From: Candidatus Thalassarchaeaceae archaeon
Lineage (GTDB): Archaea > Thermoplasmatota > Poseidoniia > Poseidoniales > Thalassarchaeaceae
Assembly: GCA_045568075.1 (NCBI GenBank)
Contig: JBJLBP010000001.1
Span: 377,232-441,231, forward strand
Direction: 5' to 3'
DNA length: 64,000 bases
Shown: in pieces, positions 1 through 9,407 of the stretch
Numbering within the stretch: position 1 is the stretch's first letter
Layout: the number at the start of each line of letters is the position of its first letter
Made by a program: the position numbers and the translations under genes
Notes under the pieces: model-generated
What the model saw: only the letters and a program-made list of their open reading frames with translations
The model's database searches: none
Told to the model about the DNA's origin: nothing

Positions 1-199
1 GCGATTCCGTCGCTCCTCGAGTTCGCTGACCGGAACTCGCCAGTCATCGCCATCAGGGCCGGTCAGCCTCTCCGCATCCCAAGCCATGAACGAGCCACTA
101 AGGCCCGGACACAAAGGCATTGGGGGAGGAAATGTGGTAGAAGTTGGACCCCGACCCACATCCATCATCATCAAAAGACGTCTGCTGCTGGGCTTTATC

Positions 200-1435
200 G
201 TGAACGGCGTTCTGTCGCTGGACGACATTCGCCTAAGTGGTAAGCGCGTCCTGTATCGCGTTGACATCAATTCACCTCTTCATCCAGAAACCGGAGCCTT
301 CCTTGATGACGGCAGACTTCGCGCCATAACCCCCACTCTATCGGCCCTCTCGGACGCCAAGGTAGTGATACTCGGCCATCAGTCAAGGCCTGGCCGCTCC
401 GACTTCACCGATCTATCGGGTCATGCAGATAGAATATCGCGGATTCTCGGTCGTCCGATCAAATTCATTCCAGATGTTTGTGGCGAAATCGCGATCGATG
501 CGATTCGCAGTATGAATACCGGCGAGATCCTCTGTTTGGACAATGTCAGGATGCACGCCGAGGAGATATCTCTCAAGAAGGCTGGACTCGAAGATTTGCG
601 GCTATCACAGATAGTCAGCAATCTCGCCCCCGAATTTGATGCCTACGTCACCGATGCCTTCGGAGCAGCACACCGAAACTCACCAACTTTGACAGGCTTC
701 GCCGACGATCTTCCTTGTATTGCTGGGCGCTTGATGGAGCGTGAAATCAGCGCCCTGCAGACAGCTGTTACAGCCCCACCTCGACCTTACGTGGCGATTC
801 TGGGCGGGGCTAAGGCCGACGACTCCTTCCGCGTCGCACAGAATCTCATTGAGCGAGGAGTCGTCGATACCATCGCCTTCGTAGGTGTTGTGGGAAATAT
901 GATCCTCTGGGTCAATGGCACTGACATCGGTGAGGGCAATAAGGAGTTCATTCGATTTACCCTCGGCGATGATTTCGACACCTCCTGGTCGATGGCGCAA
1001 GAACTCCTTCAGAACCATTCAGAATTACTCTTCATGCCCAGCGATGTTGCTGTGGAAGTAGATGGAGAGCGTGTGGCTAAACAGGTTGATGAGCTTCCAG
1101 TACCCCATCCAATCTACGATATTGGCCTTCAGACTCTAATGCGATTACGACCAATCATGATGAATGCAGGGTGTATCCTTTGGAATGGACCAGCCAGTTA
1201 TTTCGAGAAGCCTGCATTCGCTTTCGGGACAATCGAGATTCTCAATATGTGTACCGAGACCACTGCGATGACAATCGTTGGCGGAGGTCACACCAGCGCT
1301 CTTGTCAATTCACGTGGAGTTGGTGACAAAGTGACTCACAATAGCACCGGTGGAGGAGCTTGTTTGCAGATGCTATGTGGTGACGAGATGCCAGTAATAG
1401 ACGCCCTCACGCACTCCGCAAAGAAGTTCTCTTAG
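200..1435 (+). CDS. pgk: Phosphoglycerate kinase. The ORF is open from ATG 86, but the in-frame GTG at 200 gives an archaeal-PGK-like N-terminus (VNGVLSLDDIRLSGKRVLYRVDINSPL).
   Basis: PGK motifs are present: RVDINSP, ILGHQSRPG, DAFGAAHR, GGAKxxD, and C-terminal GGGHTSA..TGGGA. The start choice is an inference from the spacing to the GKRV motif. Confidence 0.85.
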   Translation: MNGVLSLDDIRLSGKRVLYRVDINSPLHPETGAFLDDGRLRAITPTLSALSDAKVVILGHQSRPGRSDFTDLSGHADRISRILGRPIKFIPDVCGEIAIDAIRSMNTGEILCLDNVRMHAEEISLKKAGLEDLRLSQIVSNLAPEFDAYVTDAFGAAHRNSPTLTGFADDLPCIAGRLMEREISALQTAVTAPPRPYVAILGGAKADDSFRVAQNLIERGVVDTIAFVGVVGNMILWVNGTDIGEGNKEFIRFTLGDDFDTSWSMAQELLQNHSELLFMPSDVAVEVDGERVAKQVDELPVPHPIYDIGLQTLMRLRPIMMNAGCILWNGPASYFEKPAFAFGTIEILNMCTETTAMTIVGGGHTSALVNSRGVGDKVTHNSTGGGACLQMLCGDEMPVIDALTHSAKKFS

Positions 1436-1494
1436 ACGAACTTGGAACGCGAGGGCGCCCCATTCTTTATCGTCGTTAAAGAAGAAGAAGTAGT

Positions 1495-1734
1495 ATGACT
1501 GATGAAGAGAGGGGAGAGAGTGGCTTCGCCAGTCCTTTGACCTTCGTAGTCTTCCTCGGGGTTATGTTCGCACTCCTTCTAATCATAATCCAAACCACTG
1601 AATGGGGTGAAGAAAATCAAGAGATGTTATTCGGTGATTTCATCTTCAAACTAATCCTCATTCCAGTCTTTATTGCGGTATTTGGCTGGAATCGTTTTTT
1701 CGGCGGCCAAGGAAACCAAAGAAAGGAAGATTAG
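1495..1734 (+). CDS. Small hypothetical membrane protein (79 aa, two predicted TM helices).
   Basis: Two hydrophobic segments; TTTAT about 25 nt upstream suggests a leaderless transcript; no family recognised. Confidence 0.4.
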   Translation: MTDEERGESGFASPLTFVVFLGVMFALLLIIIQTTEWGEENQEMLFGDFIFKLILIPVFIAVFGWNRFFGGQGNQRKED

Positions 1735-1754
1735 ACATTTAGAACGCGAAGTAA

Positions 1755-3137
1755 TCAACACAATTCGCTAAGGTCCAGAATATGTCCAATTCTTGAATTT
1801 ACATCATCTAAAATTGATTTTAGTGATTCTTCAGTTCTCCCCTCTGCTCGCATGACGAGAATTGACTCTGTGTTTGATGGTCGGCAGAGGTACCAACCGT
1901 CGGGATAGCGCACTCTGATGCCGTCGACGCTTGATTTCTCAAGATCCGCAAAAGCTCGCTCAACCATTCCCATGGTTTCCTCGCGCCCCGCCGTCAGAGG
2001 TACCTTCGTTTCGTCGGTTGAAGGATAATCGGGTAGATTGTTGAAACGCTCAGAGAAGTTTGGCCCGCCATCGTTTGGAGCGGGGTCTCGTCCGATTATT
2101 TCGAGCAGGCGGGCTGCATTGTAAAGTGAGCAATCGAAGCCAGGCCAGCGGTCGTGAAGGAAGAAGTGGCCAGACATCTCTCCCGCCATCACAGCGTCTG
2201 GATTGGCTCGCAGTTCGCGCTTCATGAATGAGTGACCGGTTCTGACCATTCGTGGGATTCCACCACTTGCGATGATGGCTTCCTCAAGTGCCATGCTGCA
2301 CTTGACATCGAAGAAAACGGTGCGCTCGGCTTCAGTTCCACCTCGTCGATCGACGAGGACATCTGCTGCGATGAGCGCCATCAGTCGGTCTGGGTGGATG
2401 AAGCGGCCGCGCTCATCGACGATTCCGATGCGGTCGCCGTCACCATCCATTCCAATTCCGAACTCGCAGCCATTCTCGATTACCGCTGCTGCGAGATCGA
2501 GCATATTCTTCTGGCGCGTCGGGTCGGGAGGGTGGTTGGGGAATGTATTGTCCCAGTCGCAATGGATGGGCACGAGGTCGACGCCTAATCGCTGCATTAG
2601 GCGAACGGTAAGTGGTCCAGGAACTGCATTTCCACAATCGATGGCGATACGGATAGTGCGGCGAGGTTTACCAGCATTTTCGACAATGGTATCGACGACT
2701 TCTCCCTCGAAATCAGGCAACTGAGTCACATTTCCTTGGCCAGTGCGGAACTCACCAGCATCGAATGTAGCCTTGAGTTCCTGCAATTCTTCACCAGCCA
2801 TCGGCAGTGAGCCATTACAGATCTTGAAGCCGTTGTATTCAGGGGGATTATGGCTTGCTGTAATCGCCACCGCGGCATCAACTTGCAAGTCGACGGTGGC
2901 GCGATACAAAACCCCAGTTGTTGTGATTCCCAAATCCAAAACATCGGCTCCAGCCGAGGTCAATCCCGCAAGAAAGGACGCGTGTAATTCTGGTCCTGAT
3001 TCACGGATATCGCGTGCCACAGCTACCGTATTTGCATTGAGGTGAGTGACGAGAGCAGCCCCTAGTCGACGCGCGAATTCAGTATCCAACTCACTGCCCG
3101 CAAGGCCACGGATATCGTAGGCCTTGAACACGCTCAT
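1755..3137 (-). CDS. Phosphoglucomutase/phosphomannomutase (alpha-D-phosphohexomutase family).
   Basis: VFKAYDIRG at the N-terminus, TASHNPPEYNGFK active-site serine loop, GMDGDGDR metal-binding loop. The ORF extends to 3167; the start was chosen at MSVFKAYDIRG. Confidence 0.8.
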   Translation of the reverse strand: MSVFKAYDIRGLAGSELDTEFARRLGAALVTHLNANTVAVARDIRESGPELHASFLAGLTSAGADVLDLGITTTGVLYRATVDLQVDAAVAITASHNPPEYNGFKICNGSLPMAGEELQELKATFDAGEFRTGQGNVTQLPDFEGEVVDTIVENAGKPRRTIRIAIDCGNAVPGPLTVRLMQRLGVDLVPIHCDWDNTFPNHPPDPTRQKNMLDLAAAVIENGCEFGIGMDGDGDRIGIVDERGRFIHPDRLMALIAADVLVDRRGGTEAERTVFFDVKCSMALEEAIIASGGIPRMVRTGHSFMKRELRANPDAVMAGEMSGHFFLHDRWPGFDCSLYNAARLLEIIGRDPAPNDGGPNFSERFNNLPDYPSTDETKVPLTAGREETMGMVERAFADLEKSSVDGIRVRYPDGWYLCRPSNTESILVMRAEGRTEESLKSILDDVNSRIGHILDLSELC

Positions 3138-3209
3138 GACCGAGACGGAGCGCTCGGCCTTCATCATTCCATCGTGGCGCTGGCGCCACCGAAGCGCGAG
3201 AGTGCGCGA

Positions 3210-3587
3210 TTAAGCAGAACCCGAACCGCGCACCGCGCGCGCAACGACTTCGACCTTTGCACCAGCAGGCAACTCCTTCACTCCATAAGCGGCGCGAGCA
3301 GGAAGAATCGCACCTTCGAGCCAAGCTGCGTAGACCTCGTTGAATTCGCCGAATTCAGCCATATTTTCAAGCAGGACCATTACCATCACTAGATCGCCCT
3401 TATCGGAGTCTGCCTCGCCGAGCAGTGCATCGATTTTTGCCAATGCATCAGCAGCTTGCTCGGCCATAGAATCTCCACCTTCGATACCGATTTGACCGGC
3501 TACCCAAATGTCGTCTCCAACGGTTATGCAAGGGTTGTAAGGGAACATCGGTTTGACGCCGGCGTAGATTGGTTGCTTCTTGTTCAT
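3210..3587 (-). CDS. RidA/YjgF-family reactive-intermediate deaminase.
   Basis: About 125 aa, YjgF-like pattern (PxxPYxP..VxVGDxIWVAGQIG...AEQA..AL.KI), typical size. Confidence 0.65.
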   Translation of the reverse strand: MNKKQPIYAGVKPMFPYNPCITVGDDIWVAGQIGIEGGDSMAEQAADALAKIDALLGEADSDKGDLVMVMVLLENMAEFGEFNEVYAAWLEGAILPARAAYGVKELPAGAKVEVVARAVRGSGSA

Positions 3588-3617
3588 ACAGTAGCCAGTG
3601 TAAAGCGGGACTTAGGA

Positions 3618-4115
3618 TTATTCACGCATCAAATCGACAATGGTTAGGTGATCCGCCGCAACATTTTCTCTATTCAGATCAGAAATCGGTATCCAAGCCG
3701 CAGAGACTGCATCATCGGCGCCCTGCGGCTCGGTCTCGATATCGGCCTCGACGAGATAGAAGAGACCGACACAATGCTTGCGCGGGTCTCGCCCAGGAGT
3801 GCCAAGAACGTGCATTATTCGCGGATTATCACCAACAACTCCGGTCTCTTCAAGCATCTCGCGCAAGACAGCATCCTCAGGATCTTCTCCATAATCGACG
3901 AAGCCACCTGGGAAGGCCCACATTCCAGACCAGACGGCAGGGTCTGGGCCGCGTTCAATCATCAGTAATTCGAGCCCGTCGTCAGTTTCGCGAGTAGCGA
4001 CTGCATCGACGGTGACAGACGGGCTTCGATAACTATCTCTCCCACACTCGAGGCAGCGTGCAGCGTTACCAGCATCGTCAGCATCCAAATTTTCACCAGC
4101 GCTCTCAACTTCCAT
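3618..4115 (-). CDS. NUDIX hydrolase with an N-terminal CxxC mini zinc-ribbon.
   Basis: Nudix box GGFVDYGEDPEDAVLREMLEETG. The start was set at MEVESAGEN because AGGAGG lies 7 nt upstream on the minus strand (rc of 4116-4130). The longer ORF (to 4244) overlaps the uppS 3' end. Confidence 0.75.
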   Translation of the reverse strand: MEVESAGENLDADDAGNAARCLECGRDSYRSPSVTVDAVATRETDDGLELLMIERGPDPAVWSGMWAFPGGFVDYGEDPEDAVLREMLEETGVVGDNPRIMHVLGTPGRDPRKHCVGLFYLVEADIETEPQGADDAVSAAWIPISDLNRENVAADHLTIVDLMRE

Positions 4116-4806
4116 ATCGCCGCCTCCTAAGTTGGTAGTCCTCGATGGCTTCGTAGAGGTCGCTGCGCCGGAAGGATGGCCAATGGACGTCGGTGAAGTA
4201 GAGTTCTGAATAGGCGATTTGCCACAACAAAAAATTCGACACACGCTCCTCTCCAGACGTACGAATCACCAAATCTGGGTCCGGTAAATCTGCGGTGTAG
4301 AGGCGACTTGAGATTGCTGCCGGGTCAATCGAGTCGATGTCCAAGTCTCCAGCAGCGTGGTCTGCCGCTATGGTTTTGACAGCATCAACAATTTCCTCTC
4401 GACCGCCATAAGCTAGGCAGACTGTGAACAGGAAATCACTGTACTGCGAGGTTGCTTCCTCGGCTTCAGCGATTGCTTTTCGAACATGATCGGGCAGAAG
4501 GTCGGTGCGGCCGACGACTTGTACCTTTACGCGATTTTCGTGAACCAACGGATCAGTAGAGATTTCCTCAAGGCCGGAAACATAGAGGTCGAAGAGTGTG
4601 TCGAGTTCCTCTCCCTCTCGCGAGGTCAAGTTCTCTGTGGAGAGAGCGTAGACGGTGAGGTAAGGAATCTCGAGGTCGAGGATCCAGCGCATGACATCCT
4701 TGAGTCTCTTCTTACCAGCGGCATGGCCGGCGTCGGTATTGATTGAACGGTTCCAAGCGAATCGACGGTTTCCGTCCATAATCATCGAGATATGTCGGGG
4801 CATCAT
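4105..4806 (-). CDS. uppS: Undecaprenyl-diphosphate synthase-like cis-prenyltransferase.
   Basis: MMPRHISMIMDGNRRFA, the RTSGEERVSNFLLWQ signature and the C-terminal RRYG motif. The ORF is open to 4995, but the upstream 63 aa are Arg-rich and uncharacteristic, so the start was set at MMPRH. Confidence 0.8.
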   Translation of the reverse strand: MMPRHISMIMDGNRRFAWNRSINTDAGHAAGKKRLKDVMRWILDLEIPYLTVYALSTENLTSREGEELDTLFDLYVSGLEEISTDPLVHENRVKVQVVGRTDLLPDHVRKAIAEAEEATSQYSDFLFTVCLAYGGREEIVDAVKTIAADHAAGDLDIDSIDPAAISSRLYTADLPDPDLVIRTSGEERVSNFLLWQIAYSELYFTDVHWPSFRRSDLYEAIEDYQLRRRRYGS

Positions 4807-5071
4807 TTCTGGACCAGCAGCCTTGATGCGGTCTCGTAGTCTGTTTCTTCGGATTCGGTCGGTACGCGAAATGACGCTCCATGCGATAGTGGAATTAGCA
4901 ATCCATCTAGCAGGAGCGGAGATAACGCGGAAGCGCAGCAGCCAATGTGCGAGGGCGTCGATTCGACGACCTGCGGATTTGCGTGCGCGGCTCATGGGCT
5001 CACCAACTCTTCGCCGCGCTAAAGGTCGTCGGCGGCGAGGGGTCGGTGATTACGAGGGATAGAAGCGATGG

Positions 5072-5659
5072 TTACCAACGGCTTACGAGTAGAGTTGTGA
5101 TTCTCAAACAACTCATTCGAAGACGAGGTCTGCTGCATCGTCCGACCTTGTCGAGCAGGCCACGCTCTGGATTGACGACGACGACCTGTCCGGCGTGGTC
5201 CCAGACTGGGATATCGTGGACACTATTGCCGCAGTAGCCGAACCCCTTCTCTCCATAACGCGCAATCAGTGCCTCGGCCTTCTTGTGGTCTCGAAGATTG
5301 ATTACACCGTCCGAGCCCATGACATCGTCGAAGAGGCCGACGTGTGCAGCGATTACTTCGGCTACGGAACGGTCTGAAGCGGTGGCTAGAATCAGCTTTC
5401 GGCCTCGCGCGCTCTCGCCGGTAAGCCACTCGACGAATGCAGCATGGTATTCCAGTTCAGCCGGGTCAAACTTGAGTTGACGCGCGAGATTCTTCTTCCA
5501 CTTCGCGCGCTTACCAGTAATCTCCAACAAAATTGTCGAGATGATCATCCATGGCTTGCGGAGAAACACCCGCTTTGCACTTAGGACACTCATGTCTGTG
5601 AGAATCAGCGTGCCGTCCATATCGACGGCCAGCGGCATCTCGACAGGTGCCTCCATCAT
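5072..5659 (-). CDS. HAD-superfamily hydrolase (phosphoserine-phosphatase-like HAD-IB).
   Basis: DxDxT motif (AVDMDGTL) near the N-terminus and a C-terminal GNSVHDIPVW HAD motif IV-like segment. The ORF extends to 5704. Confidence 0.55.
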   Translation of the reverse strand: MMEAPVEMPLAVDMDGTLILTDMSVLSAKRVFLRKPWMIISTILLEITGKRAKWKKNLARQLKFDPAELEYHAAFVEWLTGESARGRKLILATASDRSVAEVIAAHVGLFDDVMGSDGVINLRDHKKAEALIARYGEKGFGYCGNSVHDIPVWDHAGQVVVVNPERGLLDKVGRCSRPRLRMSCLRITTLLVSRW

Positions 5660-5697
5660 GGCCAATCGTCCCACCGACCCCGATTCAAGGCTTTGGA

Positions 5698-7029
5698 ATG
5701 ACACAGAAGCACCCGAACCGATTCCATCAAGCCCTCATCGGCTCTCGGCGAGCCGTGTCGCAGTCCGATTCAGCGCTCAACAGTGTTTGGCGTCCTGCCG
5801 AGATGGTCGAGGTGGATTGCGACCGCAAGCCACCCCTCGGATTCACTGCGCATCTGATGCGTGGCTTGCGATTCCGCCTCAACCTCCTCGAACCTGAAGA
5901 TTCTCTAGCAACCCTCGCCGGTTGGGATGAAGCAACCGAGGCGCTGGAATCTTGGGGCGAGGTTCCTGATGGTATCACAGCAATCGAAGCCGAGGCCACA
6001 GAGAGAGGCCCATTCTACCGAATCGAAGCCGCCGACGGTTCGTGGATAGCCGAAGTTCAACCGTGGGGTGGACCAAACATCCGACCCCGCGCGAGAATCG
6101 CACCCGAAACCGCTCGCATTCCATGCGGAGGATACCTGCATGAGGAAGCCGATTTGATTCTACTTCGACGCGTTAGCGTAGAAACCCCTGACGCGAATGA
6201 GGTTCTGCAAGACCATCTCAAGCGAGGCGATATCGATTCAGCCCAAGCCCTCCTCCACCGCTGCGGTGCAGCCCTCGGTCACTACCACGCCGCAGCAGAG
6301 GAAGAATGGACAAACCCACCCGACCAAAAGCGATGGAATGAACGGTTCAACGAGATTGAGCAGCGACTCAAAGCAGCAGCCCTCTGGCGCGCCCCCTTCA
6401 CTCGAGGAGCACCTGCAACCCTGAGTTTAGGAGATGTGCGATTTGCAATGTTCGCAGAGGGTTCAAGTGGCGAAATCGGAATCAGAATTGGCCCTTCTCG
6501 CCTCGCTCATGGTCTCATTGCTAGCAGTCTCGATTTACCTGCAATCCGTGACTTTGCTAGCCTATTACACGATTTGTCGAGAGTTCATAACTCGTCAGGA
6601 ACTGATCTCAAACTCTCGCACCTGAGAGCCTCATTGATCAAAGGTTGGTCATCCAGCGCGCCGACAAAATGGTGCAACAAGCGCTCCTTCAGTGCGCACA
6701 CGGGAGGGGTGGTGATTTGGGAGTATGAGCAGGCCTTATTGGACGTAGTCGAAGCGGTTTCGCATCAGTCAGGACGACCCGAACCGGCCGTAACTATAAT
6801 CGAGAAAGTACCGATTCTTCAGCAGTCACTTTTCAACGCACGAATTCTCTCTGCGGGCTGGTTGATGCTTGCAATTCTTGGCGGAATAGGAACCGTTAAC
6901 TGGGTAAATCTTGCTCTCGACGGCGAACTGTTATTCCCTTCGATACCGCTGCTTCTTCTTACTGCTGGCTTATTCCTCCGGCATCGCTACCAAACCTCGG
7001 CTCCGCCTCCTGAGAATCCGATTCACTGA
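5698..7029 (+). CDS. Hypothetical protein with two C-terminal TM helices; weak kinase-like LSLGDVRF segment.
   Basis: Long ORF with coding-like composition and two C-terminal hydrophobic helices. The ORF starts at 5647; MTQKHP is the more likely start given the divergent HAD gene. Confidence 0.4.
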   Translation: MTQKHPNRFHQALIGSRRAVSQSDSALNSVWRPAEMVEVDCDRKPPLGFTAHLMRGLRFRLNLLEPEDSLATLAGWDEATEALESWGEVPDGITAIEAEATERGPFYRIEAADGSWIAEVQPWGGPNIRPRARIAPETARIPCGGYLHEEADLILLRRVSVETPDANEVLQDHLKRGDIDSAQALLHRCGAALGHYHAAAEEEWTNPPDQKRWNERFNEIEQRLKAAALWRAPFTRGAPATLSLGDVRFAMFAEGSSGEIGIRIGPSRLAHGLIASSLDLPAIRDFASLLHDLSRVHNSSGTDLKLSHLRASLIKGWSSSAPTKWCNKRSFSAHTGGVVIWEYEQALLDVVEAVSHQSGRPEPAVTIIEKVPILQQSLFNARILSAGWLMLAILGGIGTVNWVNLALDGELLFPSIPLLLLTAGLFLRHRYQTSAPPPENPIH

Positions 7030-7206
7030 GACTGCCGAGTCATCGGGCGAATCAATGGGTAGACAGTGTACTGAGGGACTGAACACCCATTGAACTCTTC
7101 CAAATCTCCTGAGGGATTTGATTGAACCCTTGCGACGTCATGGGAATGATATGTCGGTTGTCTGTATCAGCCTCTACTTGAGTTGTATTATCTTCTAACG
7201 AAGGCA

Positions 7207-7512
7207 TCACTTTTTCTCTTGTTTCCTCTCATCTTCAACAGCATCAGCAATCTTACCAGCTGTACGAAGAGCCTTCTTTTTCAAACCATCGAAGTTAAGA
7301 AATATCATTCCACCAACTGTCAAGAAAACGCCTCCAATTATTGTAAAAATACCTCCAATATAGAGCCAAACTCTAGGCACGTCATCATCAAAGGTTGCAA
7401 ATCCATTTTGTACCATCATAATCCCAGTAATGAGTACAATTATTCCAGATATTATCAATGAGAATGAGGTGATTTTTCTCTTCGTTGTTTTTGTCATAAT
7501 ATCCCTCTCCAT
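7207..7512 (-). CDS. Small 2-TM membrane protein with a Lys-rich C-terminus, inside an AT-rich islet.
   Basis: Clean hydrophobic helices. The opposite-strand ORF 7183-7461 translates to low-complexity AT-rich sequence and is rejected. Confidence 0.45.
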   Translation of the reverse strand: MERDIMTKTTKRKITSFSLIISGIIVLITGIMMVQNGFATFDDDVPRVWLYIGGIFTIIGGVFLTVGGMIFLNFDGLKKKALRTAGKIADAVEDERKQEKK

Positions 7513-7564
7513 TCATTCCAATAGTGCATGCATTCCACGCGTCGGTACCCTTGCGATTGGCTAA

Positions 7565-8173
7565 TCAGTCGATACGGGAGATTTCGCCGTTGGTGAATTC
7601 GTAGTGCATCGGTACTCCTGTTGGAATTTCGAGGCTGGTGATATCTTCAGGCGAAATTTCCTCGATACGCATCACGATTGATCTTAGTGAATTTCCATGG
7701 GCTGCTACGAGGACGTTCTTGCCTGCCTCAAGGTCGGGAATGATTTCTTCGAGGAAATATGGTATTGTTCGCTCGGCGGTCATTTCGAGTGATTCACCAC
7801 CGGGTGGTGGTATGTCGAATGAGCGCCTCCAAATGTGGACTTGTTCAGCACCATGGATTTCTGCGGTTTCGGCCTTACTGAGGCCTTGCAAATCTCCGTA
7901 ATGACGCTCGTTGAGTCGCTCATCGCGGTGCGTCGGTACTGAGTTTGAATCGCCCGACGCACGATTGTGTTTCATCACGATCTCAGCGGTTCGCTGAGCT
8001 CGCATCAGTGCACTGGTGTGTACCACATCAAAGCGCACTTCGGCCAATTCCTCGCCAGCAGCGGCTGCTTCATCCTCACCTTTAGGAGAGAGTTCAACAT
8101 CAGTCCAGCCGGTGAATCGATTAGCCGCATTCCATACGGATTGGCCGTGCCTGATTAGGATGAGTTTCGTCAT
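7565..8173 (-). CDS. 2,3-bisphosphoglycerate-dependent phosphoglycerate mutase / histidine phosphatase family.
   Basis: LILIRHGQSVWNAANRFTGWTDVELSPKG is the classic dPGM catalytic RHG motif region. Confidence 0.75.
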   Translation of the reverse strand: MTKLILIRHGQSVWNAANRFTGWTDVELSPKGEDEAAAAGEELAEVRFDVVHTSALMRAQRTAEIVMKHNRASGDSNSVPTHRDERLNERHYGDLQGLSKAETAEIHGAEQVHIWRRSFDIPPPGGESLEMTAERTIPYFLEEIIPDLEAGKNVLVAAHGNSLRSIVMRIEEISPEDITSLEIPTGVPMHYEFTNGEISRID

Positions 8174-8185
8174 TGGACGCGCCTC

Positions 8186-9307
8186 TCAGTTCTGACGGCG
8201 CAGACGCGGTTCATGGAATGTTAGGCCGCAGTCGGCAGCGATTGTTGTGGCCAGAAGCAGAATGTCCTCAGTCATCTCGCGCTGCGATGCAGCCGATTGT
8301 ACTGAGTAGAAATTGCATGAAACGGTCACAAGCGATGGACCGAACGCATTCACACGCACCCAAGAGTCATCCTCTTTGACTGCGCGTGGGTCCTCTCTGA
8401 CCTTGGTGAGTAAATTCTCGCAGAATTTCTTGAGAGATTCTGGGTCCGAGTCGGCTTCGAACTCAAAGGTGGGCTGAATTCTGCGGAACCGACGCTGGCT
8501 GAAATTCTCAACGGGCGAGTTGACGAGGTTCGAGTTAGGGACGGTAATCAGGGTGTCCGCGCTCGAGCGAATGAGTGTCGTCCTAAGTCCGATTTCTACG
8601 ACTTCTCCTTCGATACCATCGACGAGAATCCAGTCACCGACATTGAATGGCTGATCGATGATAATCGAGATTGCGCCGAATATGTTGGCTACACTGTCGC
8701 GCGCGGCCAGAGCCAAAGCAAGACCTGTGATTCCAAGACCAGCAATCAGGCCGTTGAGGTCTAGTCCGATGAGTCCAGCCATAACGAAGGCGGCCAACAG
8801 GAACACGACAAGGTGGCCGACAGATTCAGCAACGCTCGCGAGCGAGCGTCGACTAGCCATATTCGCATCACCTTCGACGACGATGAAAGCGTCTAGGAAA
8901 TCGACTAGTCGGTATGCTGCTAGAAGCATACCGAGAATGAAGAGTGTGAATGACCAATCGATTACATTCTGCGCCATTGAATCATCCCAGATCGGTGTTG
9001 TATTACCATCGAGCCAGGACAAAATTTCAGAGAATATCAGGAAGCCAATCATCCAACCGAGTGACTTCGGCGCGAGCAAAGAACCGCCATCGATACGCTC
9101 AGACTTTGAGAGAAGGTCCAGAATTTTAGGGAAAATGAACCGGCGAGCGGCGATTCCACCACCAATCGACAAACCAATAGCCGCGATTATAACCATCATA
9201 GTCCCGCTTGAAAGGCCAAGCAGTACCTCATTTCCGCTCATTAAATCATTCAACATTTCAATCGGGAAGCCCGACTCCGAAGCGCCTGTATCAGACTCAT
9301 CCTGCAT
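8186..9307 (-). CDS. MscS-family mechanosensitive channel.
   Basis: N-terminal TM helices followed by the conserved MscS beta-domain (FNVGDWILVDGIEGEVVEIGLRTTLIRSSADTLITVPNSNL). Confidence 0.8.
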   Translation of the reverse strand: MQDESDTGASESGFPIEMLNDLMSGNEVLLGLSSGTMMVIIAAIGLSIGGGIAARRFIFPKILDLLSKSERIDGGSLLAPKSLGWMIGFLIFSEILSWLDGNTTPIWDDSMAQNVIDWSFTLFILGMLLAAYRLVDFLDAFIVVEGDANMASRRSLASVAESVGHLVVFLLAAFVMAGLIGLDLNGLIAGLGITGLALALAARDSVANIFGAISIIIDQPFNVGDWILVDGIEGEVVEIGLRTTLIRSSADTLITVPNSNLVNSPVENFSQRRFRRIQPTFEFEADSDPESLKKFCENLLTKVREDPRAVKEDDSWVRVNAFGPSLVTVSCNFYSVQSAASQREMTEDILLLATTIAADCGLTFHEPRLRRQN

Positions 9308-9343
9308 GTTCCGGCCGACGACGACCCCGCGATAAACCCCGCG

Positions 9344-9359
9344 CCGGTCCTATGGACCG
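9344..9359. promoter_or_regulatory. Perfect palindrome CGGTCC-TAT-GGACCG in the divergent MscS/M14 intergenic region; near-identical to the hairpin upstream of nuoA.
   Basis: Read directly from the sequence: arms cggtcc/ggaccg are reverse complements; a GCGATAAAC TATA-like element lies about 10 nt upstream. Confidence 0.3.
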
Positions 9360-9407
9360 ATGTGGCGAGAGATTGAAGACCGGCTCTTGAGTGGCTAAAC
9401 TGTTCCC

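Noticed and set aside
86-199. ATG at 86 as the pgk start (ORF-track start)
   Set aside because: It would add about 38 residues (MNEPLRPGHKGIGGGNVVEVGPRP...) with no counterpart in PGK N-termini. The in-frame GTG at 200 gives the canonical approximately 12-residue lead before GKRVLYRVDINSP. The region is GC-rich and open by chance.
2232-3045. Antisense/alternate-frame ORFs inside the phosphohexomutase gene (2232-2588, 2272-2724, 2440-2637, 2726-2944, 2743-3045)
   Set aside because: Low-complexity Arg/Ser/Pro-rich translations typical of out-of-frame reads of GC-rich coding DNA; fully contained in a gene with strong family motifs.
3175-3228. Palindromes GAGCGCTC and GTGGCGC-TG-GCGCCAC between the phosphohexomutase and RidA genes as regulatory sites
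   Set aside because: The second lies within the RidA C-terminal codons and both are short GC palindromes expected by chance in GC-rich sequence.
7183-7461. Plus-strand 92-aa ORF in the AT-rich islet
   Set aside because: Asn/Ser/Tyr-rich low-complexity product from AT-rich DNA; the minus-strand 2-TM ORF is the more protein-like reading.
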